64,000 bases of DNA, taken from IMG/VR virus record IMGVR_UViG_3300014773_000009, positions 1 to 64,000 of that record; one strand, 5' to 3'. This DNA is from a virus (Duplodnaviria > Caudoviricetes). Under the pieces are notes generated by a model, which did no database searches, was not told the DNA's origin, and saw only the letters and a program-made list of their open reading frames with translations. A program made the position numbers and the translations under genes. Shown here piece after piece: positions 1 through 8,430 of this stretch (position 1 is its first letter; every line of letters starts with the position of its first letter).

Positions 1-1
1 A

Positions 2-1504
2 CAGCTGCTGTACGACGCGATCGGATCGGCCGGTGACGCAGGCGTTGTGCAGTTCGAGAACGCCTCGCTCTTCACGCCGGCCACCAGCACCGTGCAGGCC
101 GGGGGGACGTACCTCGACCTCGGCAGCACCGTGAGCCTCACGGACAAGATCATCTGCGGCACGTTTCAGTTCTCGCTGCCGCGCGACTACGTGGACGCGG
201 CGCGGATGAAGGAGGGCGGCGGTGTGTTCGCGATGTTCGGCGACACCAGCTTCAACCGCAAGGCCTGGTGCGTTGGCAACTTCCGCGACGCGGAGACCAA
301 CGACGCACAGCGCAACCGCTTCGCTATCGACTGGGAGCAGACGGTCGACACCACCTGCGCGCGCACCACCACGGACCCGAGCGACACGATCGCTGACGTC
401 GGGTTCTTCGCCTTGGGACCACGCGGCGCGCCGTCTTTCGCCGTGAGCCACATGGCCGCGATCACGCCGGCCAACGCCGTAATCAACGGCGGAAGCTCCA
501 CGCTCCCGATCACGCTCGAGGAGTTTCTTGCGCTTGGCGACGCGAGCCCTCTCCAGCTCTTCCGCGACGGGCGCATCATGATCCCCGTGACGATCGGCGG
601 GAGCGACGTCGTCCACTTCGCGATCGACGGCTTCACGCTGACCTTTCCAGGCGTGGCTACGCCGTGGACGACGGGTATCTACGAGACGAGCCCAAGGTGC
701 CAGGCGCACTACGACGAGGACAAGCTCGGCTTCGTGATCGCTGCTGCTGCCGGCGACACGGTCAAGATGACGAGCGGCAAGATCTCGAGCCCGACCCGAT
801 GGCGGTTCGAGGTCACCGCGGGAGCGAGCGCATCCGCGACCTACGACTTCGACGACCTGCTGTTGATCAACGCGCTGGTCACGCTGCGCGCCGTCCACAC
901 GTGGGCTGGCATGACCTTCGAGGAGTGCGTCGTCACGCAGAACGGGGCGACCGTGACCGGGTGCTTCTTCACCGACTCGCTGGTGACGAGCAACGATCCG
1001 GCCGACATCTCCTCGTGCTCGTTCGTCAGCTCGGGCACGGGACACGGCATCGAGATCACTGCTGCCGGCACCTACACCTTCTCGGCGAACACCTTCGATG
1101 GGTATGCGGGCACGAACGGCAGCACCGGGAACGAGGCCGTCTACAACAACAGCGGCGGGGCGGTGACGCTCAACATCGCCGGCGGTGGGGACACGCCGAG
1201 CATCCGCAACGGCGCCGGCGCGTCGACCACGGTGAACAACAACCGCACCGTCACGCTCACCGGGCTGAAGAACCCGAGCGAGGTGCGCGTCTTCACCGCT
1301 GGGTCTACCAGCGAGATCTCGGGCACCGGCGCCGAGAACGTCACCGACGGTGACCACGCCTTCTCTGTTCCGGTGGGGACCGACGTGGACATCGTCATCC
1401 TGGCGCTCGGCTACCAGAACATGCGCATCCTCGGCTACTCTGTGGACGCCGACGCGACCCTCCCCATCGCCCAGCAGCTGGATCGCCAGTACGCGAACCC
1501 GTGA
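2..1504 (+). CDS. Virion structural/fibre-associated protein, 5'-truncated
   Basis: The frame is open from base 2. G/T/N-rich beta-solenoid-like C-half ending QQLDRQYANP, a type of ending seen in phage structural proteins. Confidence 0.6.
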   Translation, partial: QLLYDAIGSAGDAGVVQFENASLFTPATSTVQAGGTYLDLGSTVSLTDKIICGTFQFSLPRDYVDAARMKEGGGVFAMFGDTSFNRKAWCVGNFRDAETNDAQRNRFAIDWEQTVDTTCARTTTDPSDTIADVGFFALGPRGAPSFAVSHMAAITPANAVINGGSSTLPITLEEFLALGDASPLQLFRDGRIMIPVTIGGSDVVHFAIDGFTLTFPGVATPWTTGIYETSPRCQAHYDEDKLGFVIAAAAGDTVKMTSGKISSPTRWRFEVTAGASASATYDFDDLLLINALVTLRAVHTWAGMTFEECVVTQNGATVTGCFFTDSLVTSNDPADISSCSFVSSGTGHGIEITAAGTYTFSANTFDGYAGTNGSTGNEAVYNNSGGAVTLNIAGGGDTPSIRNGAGASTTVNNNRTVTLTGLKNPSEVRVFTAGSTSEISGTGAENVTDGDHAFSVPVGTDVDIVILALGYQNMRILGYSVDADATLPIAQQLDRQYANP

Positions 1505-1507
1505 GCC

Positions 1508-2143
1508 ATGGCGACCTTCACCTTCGACGGCCCCAACAAGCGCATCCTGGTCGACGCGGAGATCGGCGACTCGCTCTTTGTCCCGGCGGAGCTCTACTCG
1601 GACTGGAAGGTCTGGGTCGCCGCGGGAAACGCCCAGTTCGAGCCCGCGTTTGCCGAGAGCGTGGGTGGCAACGACCTGGGCGCCGGCGCGGCGCTGGACG
1701 CCTACATCTTCCTGCGCAACGACCTTGGGTGGCGCATTCGGCCGGACGCACGCGACCACACGCTCACGGTCGACGGCAACCTGTTCGGTGCCGATGCGGG
1801 GATCACGCTGTTCGCGCCCACGACGTCCCCAGCGCTGGTGCAGATCGAGCGTCGGTTCAGCGCGCGCGCGCTTGCGGTGGACAGCGGTGGCGGGGGGGCG
1901 AGCTCGTCGGCCATCGCCGCAGCCGTGTGGGCGCACGCGTCGGCGGTGGACCTCCAGGCGAAGGTGGCGCTGGTGGAGAAGATCCTGCGAAACAAGACGG
2001 TGACGGACCCAGTGTCGGGCACCATGACCGTGTTCGCCGACGACGGGGTGACGCCCTACCTCGTGTGCCAGGTCTTCGAGGACGTGGCCGGCGCCCAGGC
2101 CTACCGTGGCTCGGGTGCGAACCGCAGAGAGAGACTCAGCTGA
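1508..2143 (+). CDS. Putative virion structural protein
   Basis: Good high-GC codon usage; lies in the structural operon; no clear family. Confidence 0.6.
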   Translation: MATFTFDGPNKRILVDAEIGDSLFVPAELYSDWKVWVAAGNAQFEPAFAESVGGNDLGAGAALDAYIFLRNDLGWRIRPDARDHTLTVDGNLFGADAGITLFAPTTSPALVQIERRFSARALAVDSGGGGASSSAIAAAVWAHASAVDLQAKVALVEKILRNKTVTDPVSGTMTVFADDGVTPYLVCQVFEDVAGAQAYRGSGANRRERLS

Positions 2144-2412
2144 TGCTGGTCACACGCGGACTCGGCGGGCACGCCCAGCTGGTGCTCTGGGGCTTCGGCG
2201 CCGAGCTCGAGGTGACGTGGCCGGCCGTCGAGCCTGGAGTCCACACGGTCGTGGTGGGGTCTGACCTTCTGGCTGAGACGCACGGGTCGGTCGAGTTGAC
2301 GGAATCGCGCGGCGGAGCCCAGGCCGAGCTCGCGATGGTGGATGGGACCCAACAGATGGCGACCGCGCTGGCGCAACCAGCCATCGCCGTTGCGGTAGAG
2401 GTGGACGCGTGA
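2143..2412 (+). CDS. Hypothetical protein
   Basis: ATG overlaps the upstream TGA (TGATG); stop overlaps the next GTG. Confidence 0.5.
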   Translation: MLVTRGLGGHAQLVLWGFGAELEVTWPAVEPGVHTVVVGSDLLAETHGSVELTESRGGAQAELAMVDGTQQMATALAQPAIAVAVEVDA

Positions 2413-2744
2413 GCTCGAGCTCAGACTTCTTCATCAAGCGCGGGGACCGACTGCCGACGCTCGCGCGCGCCCTCAAGTTCACCGACGGATCGGTCATCGA
2501 CCTCACGGGCTGCACCGTGCGCTGGAGGATGCGGGACAAGGTTGGCGGCACGGTGATGGTGGACGCTCCGGCGACCATCGTGTCCGCCACCGACGGCAAG
2601 GTCGAGTACGCCTGGGCGTCACCGGACACCGACACGGTCGGCCACTTCGTGGGGGAGTGGCAGGTCACCTACCCGGACGCCAAGGTGCTGACGGTGCCGA
2701 CGCTGAACTTCGTGACCGTCCACGTCGGCGAGAGCCTGGCCTAG
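2409..2744 (+). CDS. BppU N-terminal-like (baseplate upper/Ig-like) protein
   Basis: IKRGD..P.L, DLTG.TV, GKVEY.W...DT...G...GEWQVTY pattern. Confidence 0.7.
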   Translation: MSSSSDFFIKRGDRLPTLARALKFTDGSVIDLTGCTVRWRMRDKVGGTVMVDAPATIVSATDGKVEYAWASPDTDTVGHFVGEWQVTYPDAKVLTVPTLNFVTVHVGESLA

Positions 2745-2926
2745 GTCTCGACCGACTTGAGCGTCGCGCTGGGGAAAACCTCAGCGCAAAGCTTGTCTGC
2801 CGCTGCGCCCACGAACCAAGCACAAACCCACGAGTCGTCGTCGTCCGAGAACCGCTTCTGCACGGTCATCCGCGGGCCACCTGACTTCAGCTGCACCAAG
2901 TCACCGACCTTGAACGTGTTCGACAT
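2741..2926 (-). CDS. YodC/DUF2158 family small protein
   Basis: FKVGDLVQLKSGGPRMTV...C.WF signature. Confidence 0.85.
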   Translation of the reverse strand: MSNTFKVGDLVQLKSGGPRMTVQKRFSDDDDSWVCAWFVGAAADKLCAEVFPSATLKSVET

Positions 2927-2949
2927 GCGACGAAGGTAGCAGCCAACGC

Positions 2950-2986
2950 GCGCCGACGGGAGACCACGCGCGGTCCGAGGCACCCT
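2950..2986 (+). promoter_or_regulatory. Late-promoter motif copy
   Basis: GCGCCGACG-N22-CACCCT; this copy has a leader with SD GAAGGAGA before ATG 3037. Confidence 0.5.
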
Positions 2987-3036
2987 GCTCGAGCTCCGGG
3001 GGATGACCGGGCACCAACCCGAAGGAGACTCCCCCG

Positions 3037-3600
3037 ATGAAGCAGAACATCCACGTCAAGCGCTACTCCGACCCGTCCGCCGGATGGGCGCTCAGCATCG
3101 AGCCCGAAGACCGCTCGTTCGTCGTCTTCGTCCCCAACGAGGGCGACGCTCTTTTCTACCGCCGCGTCGAGTTCGAGACCGGAGACGGTAAGCTCGAGCA
3201 CGGCTACGCCGACGTCGAGTTGCCCGGCAGCATCCCGATGCAGCACATCCAGGCACCTGAGCTGCCCAGGGCAGACACGAAGACCTGGCCGTTCCCCATC
3301 GACTTCAGTGTCGAGCCGGTCTCGCCCGAGGGGCTGGATGACCTGACCGAGGAGCAGCAGCAGTTCAGCCCGAGCCGTCAGGTCCCTGGGTTCTGGGCGG
3401 CGCTCAACTGCCGCAGCATCAAGTGCTGGGGGCGGACCGAGCACGAGGCCGTCCAGGCCCTGATGAACTTCGCCATCTCGCTCGCGGTCGCCGGCTCGCT
3501 CGACCACACGGGCAAGCCCATCCGGCACGTGTCCAAGCGCCGGTACGACGCAGTGTTCGGTCCGGTCGACATCCCGGGCGCGACCGGCGCCGAGCAGTAG
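3037..3600 (+). CDS. Hypothetical protein with possible HicB-like C-terminal domain
   Basis: SD GAAGGAGA upstream; FWAAL...CWGRTEHEAVQAL resembles the HicB N-terminal fold. Confidence 0.55.
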   Translation: MKQNIHVKRYSDPSAGWALSIEPEDRSFVVFVPNEGDALFYRRVEFETGDGKLEHGYADVELPGSIPMQHIQAPELPRADTKTWPFPIDFSVEPVSPEGLDDLTEEQQQFSPSRQVPGFWAALNCRSIKCWGRTEHEAVQALMNFAISLAVAGSLDHTGKPIRHVSKRRYDAVFGPVDIPGATGAEQ

Positions 3601-3604
3601 CCTC

Positions 3605-3642
3605 GCGCCAGCGAGACCAGCCCAGGGGCGCCCACCTAGCGT
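3605..3642 (+). promoter_or_regulatory. Late-promoter motif copy
   Basis: GCGCCAGCG-N23-TAGCGT-N9-ATG(3652). Confidence 0.5.
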
Positions 3643-3651
3643 CCCTGGGCA

Positions 3652-6600
3652 ATGGCCCCCAGGATTCGAGCAGACCAACCCGATGGCGCTGGCAGTGGTG
3701 TGGCCGGTGAAGCACGCACGGGCATCTGGCTCGACCAAGAGGTCGAGCTCGTGGACGTGGGAGAGGGGGCGCCCACCACCAGGCTCTTCACGCTCGACGA
3801 CAAGCCCGTGGGGAGCGCTGCAGTGCTGGCTGGCGCGACCACGTCCACAGCGACTTTCACGCCCGACGTCCCCGGCACCTACAAGTTCTCGCTCGCGTGG
3901 AACGGCGACGTCGACAACGCCTTCACGCGCGTCGTGCGCGTCACGAAGAGCGCGGAGGGCGTGGACCTCGACATTTTGATCCTGCCGGCACACGAGGAGG
4001 AAGCTGAGCACTCGGAGGGAATCAGTGGCCAGGGCGCCACGGGTCGTGGGTGGACTCCACTTGTGGAGCGCGTGATGGCAGCGACTCAGACGACTCTCGT
4101 CGACCTCACCTCCCAACTCGTCATGGACCGTGACCAGCTGATCGACGCCAGCGGCGTCGGTCCAACCATGGGGACACCTTGGGTCCCAGGATTGGCTGCC
4201 TCAGGTCACGTCCCCGGCACCAAGACCAGCTACTACATCAAGGCGTACACCCGTTCCCTGATCGTCTTGCCTGAAGACTTCGGCGTCACCTTCGTCGACG
4301 GGACCCCATTCGATCCGGCCCAGTGGGATCTCGCGCTCGATACGGTTATCGAGCTTCGCCGCGTCTTCGATCGCACCATCGGCACGCTTACCCAGGTCGG
4401 CGAGAAGGACACGACCGCGCCACGCATCGTGAAGGCGTACGTCGACATCGATGACCCTGACGTCGTGGTGGTCCGATTCGACCGCGGGGTTATCGCTCCG
4501 ACGTCTGGCGACACGAGCGTCACCGGCAAGACCATCACCGGCATCAAGTACCCGGACACGAGCCCAGAAGTCCGCTACCAGCTCAACTCCGCGTTGACGG
4601 GCGACTTGGATGCTGGGGTGGTGCACGTGACGTTCGGCGCGGCCAACACGGTCAAGGACCTCAACGGCAACGCACTCCCCGCCCAGACGATCGGCGTCTT
4701 CTGGTGGCGCGACCTGATCGACATCCCTGGACACACCGCCCACTACAAGGCCGACGACTACGTCAGCACATCGTGGGACGACGTCGCGAGCATCCGGACG
4801 CCGCTCAATGCTTCCGGGCCAGTGCGCGCCACCAATGCGATCGAGGGCGCCGTGTGCGTGAGCTTCGACGGCGTCAACGACGTGTTCAGCACAGCCGACA
4901 CGCTCGAGGCATACGTCGACAACACCGACGGCATCATTCTGTTCGGCGGCGTGGTCAAGCTCGCGCACTTGAACGGAGGCGCGGGCCAGCCCGTCAATAA
5001 CGACCAGTTGATCTGCCAGACAGGTACGGGGCAGGGCTTCGCGGTCGACTCCGGAGCCGACGGTGATAGCTACGAGCTGATCGCCACCTGCTACAGTGTG
5101 TCGCCCTATCTGGACGGAGCGAACGTTGGGATCCAACGTGGACAGCCGTTCGTCGGTCGCAACCGGCACTCGACCACCAGCCTATGGTGCAAGCGCGACC
5201 GCTTCGCGGAAAGCAGCGCGACGACTACGGGCAACATCACCGCGACGATGGCCTCGGGCTTCACCATTGGCGGACACGGTGGAGGCGACCGATTCCCAAA
5301 GTTCTACGCTGGAGACATTGCGTTCTTCGACGCGCCACTAGATGCGCAGAACGAAGAGGCAGCGTACACCTACCTCGAGCTGCGCCCGTGGGCCCACCAC
5401 CTTCGGCACACCCTGTTGCCGCCGATCGATCGCTACGCGGTGGTCGGCGTCGCGATGGAAATGAATTGGGAACACGTGATGAGCGTGCCGACGCCGGCGT
5501 TCAACTCGTCGGCGTTGAGCCAGTACACCTTCGCGGTCACGGGGCTGCCCACCGCACCGACGGTCACCACGACCAAGATGAGCTGGACCCCTGGGTCCGC
5601 ACACGTGGGCACCCACACGGCCACGGTTACCGCGACGCTCGGCAATCGCGTGGTCGCCACCGCGCGCTTCTCGGTCCACGTGTCCGCCGCGACCGGCACG
5701 GGCACGATCAAGATCCTGATCGTCGGCGACAGCAGGACCGAAGCGCTGACCTGGCCGAAGCGTATGGTCGATCAGCTGACCGCGCAGGGCCTCACCGTCA
5801 CCATGCTCGGCTCGCGTGGCGGGCGCTTGGTGACCGCGGTCAACAGCGGCACCGACCGGCTCACGATCACGGGCCACAGCCTCACCGTGAACGAACCGGT
5901 GGACCTGATCCAGACGCTCACCGGCGGCGCGTTCCCCACGGTCAGCGGCGACGCTCTAGCGGTCGGCACAACCTACTACGTCAAGACGGTGGTGGACGCG
6001 AACACGGTAGAACTGAGCCGCACGGCCGGCGGAGCCATCCTCGACTTCACGAGCACGACGGCAAACAGCTGGTACGTGCGGGCTGCGGATGAGCGAAACG
6101 AGGGGCGCGCCGGGTGGAGCTGGAGCCACTACGTCGTCGGCGACCACCCGACTCAAGGTACCTCACCGTTCCTGGATGCGGACGGCGCGTTCTCGGTGCA
6201 GCACTACATCGACACCTACCTGGGCGGCGTGGTGCCAGACGTGATCATCTGGGCGCTCAACGTGAACGGCATCTACTCGTTCTCGTCGCCTCAGATCGCC
6301 GGGGTTGCGGCCGACGACCCCACCACCTTCCGGGCCTTCATCAAGGCAACGCAGATCGCTCACGCGGAGGTCGCCATTGCCGCCGCCATCCGGGCAAACG
6401 GCGACGCTGTGCAGTTGGTCGAGGAGCCCGAGACGATGAACCTGCGCCAGGCAGCGTTCGATGCAGACTCGGGCGGCACCACGCGGTGGCAGTACAAGCG
6501 CGGCCAGGAAGTGCAGAAGGAGATGATGCGCGAGCGCTTTGGGTCGAGGGCTCTCGACAACGTGTGGCTCTGGTCACCGAGCGCGATCGACACCTACTCG

Positions 6601-6699
6601 CACTTCGACGCAGCGAACGGCATCCACCCGAACGACGCTGGGTACACGCTGATCGGTGATGAGGCAGCAGCGGCGACCCGCTTCAGACTGGCGGCATGA
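3652..6699 (+). CDS. Large multidomain virion protein: PKD/Ig-like, lectin-like, C-terminal SGNH/GDSL esterase
   Basis: TFTPDVPGTY (PKD-like); SFDGVND (LamG-like); SGNH blocks VGDSRT, EGRAGW, WALNVN, GIHPNDAGY. Confidence 0.7.
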   Translation: MAPRIRADQPDGAGSGVAGEARTGIWLDQEVELVDVGEGAPTTRLFTLDDKPVGSAAVLAGATTSTATFTPDVPGTYKFSLAWNGDVDNAFTRVVRVTKSAEGVDLDILILPAHEEEAEHSEGISGQGATGRGWTPLVERVMAATQTTLVDLTSQLVMDRDQLIDASGVGPTMGTPWVPGLAASGHVPGTKTSYYIKAYTRSLIVLPEDFGVTFVDGTPFDPAQWDLALDTVIELRRVFDRTIGTLTQVGEKDTTAPRIVKAYVDIDDPDVVVVRFDRGVIAPTSGDTSVTGKTITGIKYPDTSPEVRYQLNSALTGDLDAGVVHVTFGAANTVKDLNGNALPAQTIGVFWWRDLIDIPGHTAHYKADDYVSTSWDDVASIRTPLNASGPVRATNAIEGAVCVSFDGVNDVFSTADTLEAYVDNTDGIILFGGVVKLAHLNGGAGQPVNNDQLICQTGTGQGFAVDSGADGDSYELIATCYSVSPYLDGANVGIQRGQPFVGRNRHSTTSLWCKRDRFAESSATTTGNITATMASGFTIGGHGGGDRFPKFYAGDIAFFDAPLDAQNEEAAYTYLELRPWAHHLRHTLLPPIDRYAVVGVAMEMNWEHVMSVPTPAFNSSALSQYTFAVTGLPTAPTVTTTKMSWTPGSAHVGTHTATVTATLGNRVVATARFSVHVSAATGTGTIKILIVGDSRTEALTWPKRMVDQLTAQGLTVTMLGSRGGRLVTAVNSGTDRLTITGHSLTVNEPVDLIQTLTGGAFPTVSGDALAVGTTYYVKTVVDANTVELSRTAGGAILDFTSTTANSWYVRAADERNEGRAGWSWSHYVVGDHPTQGTSPFLDADGAFSVQHYIDTYLGGVVPDVIIWALNVNGIYSFSSPQIAGVAADDPTTFRAFIKATQIAHAEVAIAAAIRANGDAVQLVEEPETMNLRQAAFDADSGGTTRWQYKRGQEVQKEMMRERFGSRALDNVWLWSPSAIDTYSHFDAANGIHPNDAGYTLIGDEAAAATRFRLAA

Positions 6700-7970
6700 C
6701 CCCCACCGTCACGTCCATCCTCCCCGCGCTCGGCCACACCGGCGGCCGGACGTTCGTGGAGGTCACCGGCTCGGGCTTCCGCCTCCCCGGCGCGCCCCCC
6801 GCGACCGGCATCGCCCCGGCGCCAGTACGCACCGTGCGTGTGCTCTTCGGCGATATCGAGAGCCCGCTGGTGGAGGTGGCTGGGGAGGACCTGCTGTGGG
6901 TGCGGACGCCGGTGCACGACCCGGGAACGGTCGATGTCACCGTCGAAAACCTGGGCGAGACTCCGGCGGAGCTCATCTCGAGCGCCCCCACCTTCCCGCT
7001 CTCCATCGGCCACACGCTCGACGTATCGGTGAACGGCGGGCCCGCCCAGACGGTCACCTTCCAGGCCGGCGAGATCACCGCAGGAGCAACGACCGCGGGG
7101 CAGGTGGCCGCGGCCCTCAACCGACTGCTCGGGGCGCGCGCGACCATCAATGCCGCCGGCCGTGTCCGCCTGCGCACCGACCAGCGTGGGGCGAGCTCGA
7201 GCCTGCAGGTGACCGGCGGGACGGGCGCGGGCGCGCTCGGCTTTGGCGGCGCCGTCGTCCAGGGCTCGGCGGCGCTGGAGGCCATCGAGGAGGAGCGGGT
7301 GGTGCTGGCCCAGGCCTACGCGTTCGTCCGGCCTGACCTGACCCAGGCGTCCCAGCCAACGCTCGCGCTGCGCCAGCTGATGGTCGAGCTCGGGCGCCAG
7401 GTGGTCGACAACGTCCACTTCGCCACCCACACGGACTACGACGAGGAGACCGGCGACCTGCTCAACACGGCGATGCTGGCGTCGCTGCCGGCCATCATCC
7501 TCGCGGGGCTCGAGCTGCCGGACAGCCAGTCAGCGCCCACCCTCGGTAAGCAGTACGTGGAAGGTGAAAACGGGCGGGTGATCGAGAAGAGCCCGCCCGA
7601 CATTGTCGACATGACGATGATGCTGATCGGGGTGGCCAACACGGGGCCCGAGGCGCTCAACATGTACGCCATCCTGCGGCGGTTCTTCCGCAAGAACCCC
7701 ACGCTCTCCGTGCCCACGGGCGTCGGTGACGCCACCAAGAGCCACGACCTCGAGTGGAGGGCGGCGACGCCGGGTGGGGTGGCGGTCACCGCCGACAACA
7801 GTAACATCGTGACGGTGACCGGCACTGTGGCGATCCGTCGGGTCCACATCACCGACATGCCCATTCGGACGACGACGCTGCCAGCCGACCACCCGGATGC
7901 GCCTCACGAAGGTACAGCGGGAGTCACCTTCCCGAACGAGACGGTGATCCTCGACGTGCAGCCCAAGTAG
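6696..7970 (+). CDS. IPT/TIG-domain tail protein (possible tail terminator/completion C-terminus)
   Basis: PTVTSILP..G...G...VEVTGSGF...TPVHDPGTVDVTV TIG motif; lies just before the sheath gene. Confidence 0.65.
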   Translation: MTPTVTSILPALGHTGGRTFVEVTGSGFRLPGAPPATGIAPAPVRTVRVLFGDIESPLVEVAGEDLLWVRTPVHDPGTVDVTVENLGETPAELISSAPTFPLSIGHTLDVSVNGGPAQTVTFQAGEITAGATTAGQVAAALNRLLGARATINAAGRVRLRTDQRGASSSLQVTGGTGAGALGFGGAVVQGSAALEAIEEERVVLAQAYAFVRPDLTQASQPTLALRQLMVELGRQVVDNVHFATHTDYDEETGDLLNTAMLASLPAIILAGLELPDSQSAPTLGKQYVEGENGRVIEKSPPDIVDMTMMLIGVANTGPEALNMYAILRRFFRKNPTLSVPTGVGDATKSHDLEWRAATPGGVAVTADNSNIVTVTGTVAIRRVHITDMPIRTTTLPADHPDAPHEGTAGVTFPNETVILDVQPK

Positions 7971-7976
7971 GTGGCC

Positions 7977-8012
7977 GCGCCGACGGGACGCCGTGGGCTG
8001 GCACCGTACGGT
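7977..8012 (+). promoter_or_regulatory. Late-promoter motif copy
   Basis: GCGCCGACG-N21-TACGGT-N7-GTG(8020). Confidence 0.65.
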
Positions 8013-8019
8013 CTTCCCC

Positions 8020-8427
8020 GTGGCCACCACCCTGACGAACCGCACCCAGCAGGTGCTCACGTTCATCCTCCACGCCGGCCCCCACGTGGCGGAGCTCCTG
8101 CCCGTCGTGCGGCAGACGGTGGCGGTGGAGAAGCACGACCCGGTGACTGGCGCTCGCTCGCTTGAGCAGAAGGCCCGGCGGCTTCCCACCTCCGTGACCC
8201 TGCAACCGAAGGGGATCAAGGGAGACCGTGTCGCTGGCCTGCCGAACTCGGTCCTGCACTGTCCCGACGTCCAACGCGCCATGCGAAGTGGATTCGTGGA
8301 CGTCGCGACTGAGGCTGACGCGGCCGCAGCGCCACCCGCACCCGTCGCGGCGGCGCCCCAGCGTCCAGATCCGATCCCCTCCGACCTGTCCACCACCGAG
8401 GGCCGCAAGGTCCGCAAGGAGGGCTGA
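8020..8427 (+). CDS. Hypothetical tail-region protein
   Basis: ORF 7993-8427; start moved to GTG 8020 to fit the promoter motif. Confidence 0.6.
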   Translation: MATTLTNRTQQVLTFILHAGPHVAELLPVVRQTVAVEKHDPVTGARSLEQKARRLPTSVTLQPKGIKGDRVAGLPNSVLHCPDVQRAMRSGFVDVATEADAAAAPPAPVAAAPQRPDPIPSDLSTTEGRKVRKEG

Positions 8428-8430
8428 TCC

